NCBI GenBank assembly: GCA_040876265.1 | Contig: JBBDPN010000001.1 | Location: 246,208-310,207 of the forward strand | Direction of reading: 5' to 3' | DNA: 64,000 nt | DNA from: Candidatus Woykebacteria bacterium | GTDB taxonomy: Bacteria; Patescibacteriota; Microgenomatia; Woykebacterales; RBG-16-39-9b | Shown: positions 58,020 to 64,000 of the stretch, one piece after another | Layout: every line of letters begins with the position of its first letter | How positions within the stretch are numbered: the first letter of the stretch is position 1 | Program-made: the position numbers and the translations under genes | The notes under the pieces: model-generated | Seen by the model: only the letters and a program-made list of their open reading frames with translations | The model's database searches: none | What the model was told of the DNA's origin: nothing

Positions 58020-59318
58020 TTAGTTTATGGTTGCGGTTTCTCTATCTATCGGTATTTCAGGTTTGCTTTCTTCAACTATCTTAGTTTTTACCCGTGCCTT
58101 TTCATCTTTAGAAATTTCATCTGCCATATCATCAACTATCGAAAAGACTTCCAGCTTTAAATCTTCAAGATTACCTTTTGTTTTTTCTATCCCAGTACCA
58201 ATACTAGATAGAGAACTTTTTATAGATGAAATCGAGTTTATCTTACTTCTTATTTGTCCTAGATAACCTTCCAATTTAACTAGATTAACCTTTTTATCTT
58301 CGGTTTTTATTTCGTTGAGCGCTTCCAACCTAGCAAACTTATAGGCAACCTCTAGGGCGGTGGAATCCTTGGTTTCTTTATCAAAAACGCATAATATTCT
58401 TCCACCTGGATAGGCTCTAAAGTTTCCACTCTCTCCAGGAGCGTTTTCTAATTTACTAAAGACTCCTATCGCGACTTGAGCATCCCTATTTTGTTTAGCT
58501 TCATCTAGTTCTTTCAAAATTGAAGGAAGGGTTTTCTGTTGATCCTTCGCTTCCAGTACAATACTCAAACTGTTTCCACCTGAATGGTGCGGATTTATCT
58601 TCGACAGCACATCACCCGTCTTAGAATTAAGAATTTTTCCATTTATGTTACTAGTATCAATGACATTATCATCTAAAATTTTTGCTATATTGTTGATAAT
58701 CTGTAACACTAAGTCTTGATAAACAACACCCTTAGCCGTTCCTTTTTCTTCAACCTCTGCCACAGCCTCTTTAATTTTGAGAGCTTTTTCGATATTGTCT
58801 ATTTTATCCGTCAATTCTTTTTTTAATCTAAATATTGGACTACCTGGATCTGAACTATCTAGTAGTTTATATATTACAGATCCGTCACCTTCAAAGTGCC
58901 TTTTGAAAATATCGGAAAGCTTACCTAGGGCGCTGTTCCTTTGGTTCTCATCAAAAAGATCCTGTAGCTTACCACCTTCGCCAAGATACTCTTTTAAAAC
59001 AAGAGGCATAACACCGTTTTCGCTAAAAATTTTATCTAGTCTATTGTCTATTTCTGTGGTGGTATCCTCTAAAAGTTTTTCAACGTGATTTTTTACCTTG
59101 CTAAATTCTTTTTCTACATAATCTACATTTTCAGTTACGCCCACATTTTTCATAGCAATCAAACCCACCTTTAGGGCCTTCCTTACTGTTTCTGCCTTTT
59201 CCTTTTCGGCTAAACCTTCAACTATTGAGGCTACTTCAGCATCCTCAATAATCAAATCTGAAATATATACCTGATTTTTCTCGACTTTTAATTTCATAAG
59301 GTGTTTATTATAAGACAC
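58020..59318 (-). CDS. RmuC-like coiled-coil protein with PD-(D/E)xK-type C-terminal domain
   Basis: 432 aa. Coiled-coil N-terminal half. The C-terminus (KGVVYQDLVLQIINNI..., GDVLSKI...SIVLEAKDQQ, VAIGVFSKLENAPGE) resembles the RmuC nuclease-like core. A TTGAAC-16-TTATAAT promoter lies just upstream. Confidence 0.35.
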   Translation of the reverse strand: MSYNKHLMKLKVEKNQVYISDLIIEDAEVASIVEGLAEKEKAETVRKALKVGLIAMKNVGVTENVDYVEKEFSKVKNHVEKLLEDTTTEIDNRLDKIFSENGVMPLVLKEYLGEGGKLQDLFDENQRNSALGKLSDIFKRHFEGDGSVIYKLLDSSDPGSPIFRLKKELTDKIDNIEKALKIKEAVAEVEEKGTAKGVVYQDLVLQIINNIAKILDDNVIDTSNINGKILNSKTGDVLSKINPHHSGGNSLSIVLEAKDQQKTLPSILKELDEAKQNRDAQVAIGVFSKLENAPGESGNFRAYPGGRILCVFDKETKDSTALEVAYKFARLEALNEIKTEDKKVNLVKLEGYLGQIRSKINSISSIKSSLSSIGTGIEKTKGNLEDLKLEVFSIVDDMADEISKDEKARVKTKIVEESKPEIPIDRETATIN

Positions 59319-59453
59319 TTAAGCCAGGCGTTCAATAGCCAGCACAGTAACACTTCACAATCTTGACAGTCTCTTTTAGACTTTCCATTAATGCGCTATC
59401 TCAATGACGAGCCAATAATGAATGGTGAAAAAGGGCCAATTTATTAGTCTGGG

Positions 59454-59609
59454 CTAGTCTTTCCAGACATATTTGTATCCTATTGGCGCAATCGGTTTTA
59501 TAGGCCGAATTGGTTTAATCGGTTTGATTGGTTTGATTGGCTGGATTGGCCTAATCGGCTTTATAGTCTTTATTTTGAATTTATTATCCCTTACCAGTTT
59601 CCACGGCAT
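59454..59609 (-). CDS. 51-aa (KPI)n tripeptide-repeat micropeptide
   Basis: Translation by hand: MPWKLVRDNKFKIKTIKPIRPIQPIKPIKPIKPIRPIKPIAPIGYKYVWKD. A GGGGGTGA SD-like sequence lies 8 nt upstream. Same strand as the lexA-like and DUF3892 genes, and directly downstream of them. Confidence 0.35.
   Translation of the reverse strand: MPWKLVRDNKFKIKTIKPIRPIQPIKPIKPIKPIRPIKPIAPIGYKYVWKD
59481..59570. repeat. Ten tandem 9-bp repeats (consensus aatcggttt/gattggttt)
   Basis: Directly visible in the sequence. These units encode the KPI repeats on the minus strand. Confidence 0.75.
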
Positions 59610-59636
59610 AACTTATTCACCCCCAACCCAAATTCG

Positions 59637-59930
59637 TTAGATGGGACATTCGTCCAAAGCAAGTAAATTGTTTGGATAATCTCCATCAGCGGTTGTTTTA
59701 ATGTATTTATTCCCTTTAGCACTAATAGCAACGATGACTTTCACAGGGTCGTTGTTAACATCAACGTAAAAATCATACTTACCGTTTTCTATGTAGTTTA
59801 TTGCTTCCTGTTGGGTAATCTTCCATCGACTACCGTCTGGATTTACACCTCCAACATGGGTAATTGCCTCGTATGGGCTGTTTCTATTGTCTTTGTGGAT
59901 ACAAGATATTCTTACTGACATCTGATACAC
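59637..59930 (-). CDS. DUF3892 domain protein
   Basis: Has ITHVGG....G..W..T..EAI..IE.G...FYV......V.V......G..Y..T..DG...NNLL.L.EC, the DUF3892 consensus. Confidence 0.65.
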   Translation of the reverse strand: MYQMSVRISCIHKDNRNSPYEAITHVGGVNPDGSRWKITQQEAINYIENGKYDFYVDVNNDPVKVIVAISAKGNKYIKTTADGDYPNNLLALDECPI

Positions 59931-59937
59931 TTCCTTA

Positions 59938-60564
59938 TCAATCTAAATTTGGAATAGTTGTAACGACTACCCCCTGAATTCTAAAGTTGCCTTCTAAAAT
60001 TATTGGCTTGTGAGATTTGTTTGACGATCTGGGTTTCAAAACCACCACATTTCCAGTACGTTGAAATTCCTTGATTGTTGCATCATCATCAATAAGGGCT
60101 ACAACTTTATCCCCGTCTTTTGCTACAGCTTGCTGTCGGATTAGTACCAGGTCGCCATCTTTAATTCCAACCTCATCCATGGAATCACCACTTACCTTTA
60201 GCAAGAAGTACTTAGATCCAGGTTCTGCTATGGTCGTGGAAACAGGTAAATACCCTTCAACGTTTTCCTCTGCAAATAGTGGATTACCACATGAAACCAT
60301 ACCAACTATCGGTACATCAATTGTTTGATATATGTGCTGTCCCAGATCCGGGTTTAAAACTAGTTTGTAATGCCCGTCTTCAAATTTTTTGATGATGCCT
60401 TTTTGTTGCAGGGTAAAGAGTATCTCCTGAACAGATTTTATTGATTTCGACTCCAAAAGCCCCATCAGCTCCCTTATTGAGGGGCTTCTTCCCTTATGAA
60501 CTGTGTGGTTTCTAATATGTTTTATTGCCTCTATTTGTTTCGGCGTGAACTCATCGGGGTTCAT
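59938..60564 (-). CDS. Second LexA-like S24-peptidase repressor (UmuD-like Cys-Gly cleavage site)
   Basis: N-terminal wHTH (about 75 aa). Cleavage region ...VSCGNPLF with Cys-Gly, as in UmuD, in place of the Ala-Gly of the housekeeping LexA. Ser nucleophile in SGDSM and Lys in ATIKEF. Confidence 0.8.
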   Translation of the reverse strand: MNPDEFTPKQIEAIKHIRNHTVHKGRSPSIRELMGLLESKSIKSVQEILFTLQQKGIIKKFEDGHYKLVLNPDLGQHIYQTIDVPIVGMVSCGNPLFAEENVEGYLPVSTTIAEPGSKYFLLKVSGDSMDEVGIKDGDLVLIRQQAVAKDGDKVVALIDDDATIKEFQRTGNVVVLKPRSSNKSHKPIILEGNFRIQGVVVTTIPNLD

Positions 60565-60566
60565 AT

Positions 60567-60582
60567 TGGTACGATTGTACCA
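60567..60582. promoter_or_regulatory. Palindromic operator TGGTAC-gatt-GTACCA directly upstream of the lexA-like start
   Basis: 16-bp near-perfect palindrome located 3 nt upstream of the ATG, overlapping a TACAAT -10-like hexamer. The GTAC-N4-GTAC architecture resembles the cyanobacterial-type LexA box RGTAC-N3-DGTWCB. Confidence 0.45.
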
Positions 60583-60748
60583 TAGAAGTCAAATTTTGGG
60601 AAGTAGCATTTTTTATACTGTCTCATTTGTCTCACTTCGGTATCCTCAGTGTAAACACTTCGACTTCACTCAGTACAAGCATTTAGCCTTGACAATGAGA
60701 CACTATTCCTGCGACTATAGATGCGGAAGGGTTCAACACCCATATGCT

Positions 60749-61117
60749 TCACCAACCAACTGCGGCGTTTTGGATGATTTCTTTTCGTGTCACTTTGCCC
60801 TGGATACCCATCTCTATTGCAACTACGTCAATTCTGTGAGCCTCAGGCAAACTGCCTTTGTGCGACATCCGAAAATATTCTCCCACTTTTTGGATAGAGT
60901 GTAGCTTACGTTTGCCAACAGCCTCTTCTGGCAACCCAAATTCCTTACTCCAACGGGTTTTTACCTCTACAAATACCAAGGTGTCTTTATCTTGAGCGAT
61001 TATATCTATTTCGCCCAGGCGGCAACGAAAATTTTTTACTAAAATTTTATAACCTTGGCAGCGCAGCAGTGAGACTGCAATGGCCTCGCCTTTAGCACCC
61101 AAATCTTTCTTATCCAT
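60749..61117 (-). CDS. yraN: YraN-family (UPF0102) endonuclease
   Basis: Has GE.IA...L...GY.IL..N.R...GEIDIIA......LVFVEVKTR. Confidence 0.8.
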   Translation of the reverse strand: MDKKDLGAKGEAIAVSLLRCQGYKILVKNFRCRLGEIDIIAQDKDTLVFVEVKTRWSKEFGLPEEAVGKRKLHSIQKVGEYFRMSHKGSLPEAHRIDVVAIEMGIQGKVTRKEIIQNAAVGW

Positions 61118-61727
61118 TTAAGTACGCCGACAGGTTGAAAGACTTGCGGTGAATTTTAGAAAGTTTGTAATGAGCAATTGCCTGCTGATGCGCTTTAGTA
61201 CCATAACCTTTGTGCCTGTGTAGTTCGTACATCGGAAATCTAGTAGCGAGACGCTTCATCAAATTATCTCGGTAAACCTTGCCTACTACTGAAGCTGCGG
61301 CTATCGAAGCACAGTATTTATCCCCACTCTTTAATGCGATTTGGATATCCCTTGGCCAATTTTTAATATAAAATGCATCTATCAGATACCTGTCACAATT
61401 CACGACAAGATTTTTGACTGCGTACTTAAAGGCTTTTTGAGTAGCATTGCCAATACCAATTTTATCAATCGTTGGCACCTGGACTACTCCAATGCCAATC
61501 TTACCTACTGCTCGGATTTTTTTAGCTAATTCTTCCCTAGCGTGTGGGAGTAAAAGCTTAGAATCAAAAATCTTAAAGTGGGGCTCAAACATAGAAGGGA
61601 AAATCACCGCTGCTGCTACCACTGGTCCGGCCCAAGCTCCTCGGCCGACTTCGTCAATACCAGCGATTTGCCTGGCACCATCCTGCCAAAGCACTTTTTC
61701 GTAATCAAAAGTGGCCTCTATTTTCAT
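61110..61727 (-). CDS. rnhB: Ribonuclease HII
   Basis: Has IAGIDEVGRGAWAGPVVAAAVIF, DSK, and the rest of the RNase HII active-site series. Confidence 0.9.
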   Translation of the reverse strand: MKIEATFDYEKVLWQDGARQIAGIDEVGRGAWAGPVVAAAVIFPSMFEPHFKIFDSKLLLPHAREELAKKIRAVGKIGIGVVQVPTIDKIGIGNATQKAFKYAVKNLVVNCDRYLIDAFYIKNWPRDIQIALKSGDKYCASIAAASVVGKVYRDNLMKRLATRFPMYELHRHKGYGTKAHQQAIAHYKLSKIHRKSFNLSAYLNG

Positions 61728-61747
61728 AAAGCTGCTAACTACAGTTA

Positions 61748-62077
61748 TTATAGCGCAGCGCCAGTGGCTTCTTTACCAGTAAGTTTTCGAATGTAGTAGA
61801 GTTTGGCTCTTTTTTGCGGCCTTTTTTTAATTATCTTTATTTCGGCAATTGAGGGAGAATTAAGTGGCCAGATTCTTTCAACCCCGATACCGCCGGCAGC
61901 AATTTTCCTTACCGTGAAAGTACGGGAGTTTCCAGAACCTTTTGTGGCTATTACAGTGCCTTCAAAGGCTTGAACTCTTTCTTTGCCACCTTCGCGAACC
62001 TTAGCACTAACTCGGACTAAGTCACCTGGTGAAACAATGTTTTTCTGTATCTTTTCTTCTGCAACCGGTTTTTCCAT
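61748..62077 (-). CDS. rplS: 50S ribosomal protein L19
   Basis: Has ..GDLVRVSAKVREGGKERVQAFEGTVIA.KG.G...TFTVRKI..G.GVERIWPL.SP. Start trimmed to MEKPVAEEK. Confidence 0.85.
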   Translation of the reverse strand: MEKPVAEEKIQKNIVSPGDLVRVSAKVREGGKERVQAFEGTVIATKGSGNSRTFTVRKIAAGGIGVERIWPLNSPSIAEIKIIKKRPQKRAKLYYIRKLTGKEATGAAL

Positions 62078-62123
62078 AAATTTAGAAGTCAAAATTTTAA
62101 CTTGAGCAGCGTACTTTGTCAAA

Positions 62124-62429
62124 TCATCTAAAAATAAAAACGAACGCAAGGCCAAGTAATATTAGCAGACTCACCACTAAATACTCCACGACATGAGAGC
62201 GGGTAAGATTTTTTTCTTCAAAGTGGTGCCAGAGACCCCAGAAAAAATAGAAAACTGGGAACAAAAATATGGCAACAAGTCTCAAAGTAAAATTCTCCAA
62301 TTGGAGTAATATGGTAACCGAAAAAACAAATATTAATATTAGGAACCCGTATTGAAGGAAATGCTCCCGACGGTGCTTGCCAGCGTTTTCAATTTTCTGG
62401 TTTTTACTAAATGGTTGTTCCTCTTCCAT
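62124..62429 (-). CDS. Small 3-TM hypothetical membrane protein
   Basis: Hydrophobic helices only. No recognisable motif. Confidence 0.3.
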   Translation of the reverse strand: MEEEQPFSKNQKIENAGKHRREHFLQYGFLILIFVFSVTILLQLENFTLRLVAIFLFPVFYFFWGLWHHFEEKNLTRSHVVEYLVVSLLILLGLAFVFIFR

Positions 62430-63381
62430 ACAAAAAGCTTACAATTATAAGCAGAACTATCATCGTCGCGTGGGCTAGTGAGTGACTCCCTTTTCGCACG
62501 TGTCTTTTTCGAAATACAACCACCGAATCTAGGATAAAAAGTAGTGCTATCATTGCTAAAAGGGAAATAGTTACCTTCTGACTTGTAGTGGAATCCCTAA
62601 ATAAAGATAGCACAGAGATATTATCTGCACCCAGGTTTGTACTTACCACCGGGCCAGCTAAACTGGTCTCACTTCCTTCCTGAGGAGGCTCTGCAATTTT
62701 TTCCGGAACATTGGCTTTTGCTTCGATTTTCGCTGGCTGCGCTCCGCTCGTTTGGTTATTAGGAGATGCTTCTACTGCAGCAGCGGCCACAACCGGTTTA
62801 GCGAATAGTTGAACCACCAAAGTAGTGTCTTCCCCCTGAAGGTTTCCATTCGCTACTGCAACACCAATCTCGGTAAAATTTCCATTCAAAATGTTGGCCC
62901 TATGCCCGGAGCTATCCATCCACGCTGAAACAACACCAGAAGAAGTGGCAAAGTCTCGAGCTAAATTTTCCCCCGCCCAAGTATATTTGTATCCAACCAA
63001 CCCAAAAAAATACCAAGGAGATGTGCCGTCGGGAGCGAAATGATCCCAATAGTCATCTTGGAACATATCTTTAGCCTTGAGAGCCGCCGCCTGACTCAAA
63101 GCCGAATTTGCTTTCAAAGAAGAGAGATTATTAACTTTCCTTTCTGAGTTGGTGAGATGGATAACGTCGCTAACAGTAATGTTGGTTGCAAAACCTAACA
63201 CCGAACCACTTTTAGTTGTAATATTGGCTATCGCTTGGGCTAAGATCAAGATAACTAACATTGCTACCAAGCCGTAGCTTTGTAGTGCCCATGGCCGATG
63301 ATTATTATGCTCGTGAGGATAGGTAATTTTGAGAACTAGCCTACCAAATTCATCAAAATATTTTTCAACATTCGAAATCAT
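62407..63381 (-). CDS. CAP/SCP/PR-1 (YkwD-like) domain protein with N-terminal and C-terminal TM anchors
   Basis: Has LTNSER...L..L..N..L...A...A.DM......HF......SPW....G.......GEN.A........V..WM.S.GHR.NIL...F.EIGVAV, the CAP-domain pattern. Confidence 0.65.
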   Translation of the reverse strand: MISNVEKYFDEFGRLVLKITYPHEHNNHRPWALQSYGLVAMLVILILAQAIANITTKSGSVLGFATNITVSDVIHLTNSERKVNNLSSLKANSALSQAAALKAKDMFQDDYWDHFAPDGTSPWYFFGLVGYKYTWAGENLARDFATSSGVVSAWMDSSGHRANILNGNFTEIGVAVANGNLQGEDTTLVVQLFAKPVVAAAAVEASPNNQTSGAQPAKIEAKANVPEKIAEPPQEGSETSLAGPVVSTNLGADNISVLSLFRDSTTSQKVTISLLAMIALLFILDSVVVFRKRHVRKGSHSLAHATMIVLLIIVSFLYGRGTTI

Positions 63382-63387
63382 AGTCAG

Positions 63388-64000
63388 CTAACCTTTTTCC
63401 CAACAATCAGAGATATGAATATCTACTTTTACTGGAACTTTTTTCAACAACTTTTCTCCGCCTCTTATCATCTGCTCCTCAATCATTTTTGCCACGTCTT
63501 CGACTATGTCCTCCCTAGCTTCAGCTACAATTTCGTCGTGAACAGTATGGATTAAATGAGCATCAAGCTTTTTCTCTCGAATTTCCCGGCTGATATAGGC
63601 AAGAGCATATTTTGTAATATCAGCACTAGTACCCTGAATGGGCATATTCTTTCCTTGTCTTTCTATTGAAGATATAAGCCTTTCGTACTCTGGATGGGCT
63701 CGATCGGGTACGGAAAAAAGTCTTCTCCGCCCTCCCAAGGTTCTTACTCCTCCATTTCTGATAGCCGAATGGCCAACATCATCCAACCACCTTTTCACTT
63801 TCTTGTAGCTATTAAAATAAACCTCTAATAGTTTTCTCGCTTCATCTACCGACAAACCTATTTGAGCGCTCAGCGAAACCGGTCCGCGACCATACATCAA
63901 ACCAAAATTTATTGATTTGGCTTGAAATCGTTTATCTTTATCTACTTTGTCTTGTGGTACCCGAAACATCTGACTAGCTGTAAGGGTATGCAAATCGAGG
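63388..64000 (-). CDS. polA: DNA polymerase I, C-terminal polymerase domain (partial; 5' end beyond the window)
   Basis: Family-A motifs B and C: ...RRRAK.INFG..YG...L..., ..QGTSADI.K.A., ...HDE.V.E. Confidence 0.85.
   Translation of the reverse strand, partial: LDLHTLTASQMFRVPQDKVDKDKRFQAKSINFGLMYGRGPVSLSAQIGLSVDEARKLLEVYFNSYKKVKRWLDDVGHSAIRNGGVRTLGGRRRLFSVPDRAHPEYERLISSIERQGKNMPIQGTSADITKYALAYISREIREKKLDAHLIHTVHDEIVAEAREDIVEDVAKMIEEQMIRGGEKLLKKVPVKVDIHISDCWEKG

Noticed and set aside
60619-60637. Direct repeat TGAGACA-AA-TGAGACA in the lexA-like upstream region
   Set aside because: It is too short to interpret. It is noted only as a possible secondary binding site.

Overview
The window is AT-rich (about 38% GC) and gene-dense, and looks like a small-genome bacterium of the CPR/Patescibacteria type. 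This placement is inferred from gene content and composition only. Housekeeping genes make up most of it: femAB/degT cell-wall genes, lon, yidC, secG, eno, rsmI, metK, a complete F1Fo ATP synthase operon (atpBEFHAGDC), a membrane H+/Na+-pyrophosphatase, ppsA, plsY, rnhB, rplS, and the 3' end of polA. An SOS cluster (uvrC, uvrA, uvrB, lexA), two two-component modules and 15 tRNA genes in six clusters are also present. No rRNA gene or CRISPR array was seen. Three segments stand out. (1) A roughly 0.95 kb GC-rich island (52-55% GC) sits between uvrA and uvrB. It carries a winged-HTH ORF followed by about 620 nt of highly structured, apparently non-coding sequence that ends in an intrinsic terminator. 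(2) An island between tRNA-Glu and yraN contains a fused Type IIG (MmeI/PglX-like) restriction-methyltransferase gene, a RmuC-like PD-(D/E)xK protein, and a small operon. The operon encodes a LexA-like S24 repressor with a UmuD-type Cys-Gly site and its own GTAC-N4-GTAC operator, a DUF3892 protein, and a (KPI)n tripeptide-repeat micropeptide built on 9-bp tandem repeats. (3) A HigB/HigA-like toxin-antitoxin cassette has truncated a dsbA-like gene. Other points are a SAM-I riboswitch ahead of metK, a decayed tRNA-Arg copy, GC-rich plsY, a GC-rich ORF beside tRNA-Lys, and a TSP3-repeat calcium-binding protein. Coordinates of RNA features and of refined CDS starts were worked out by hand and are approximate to a few nucleotides.
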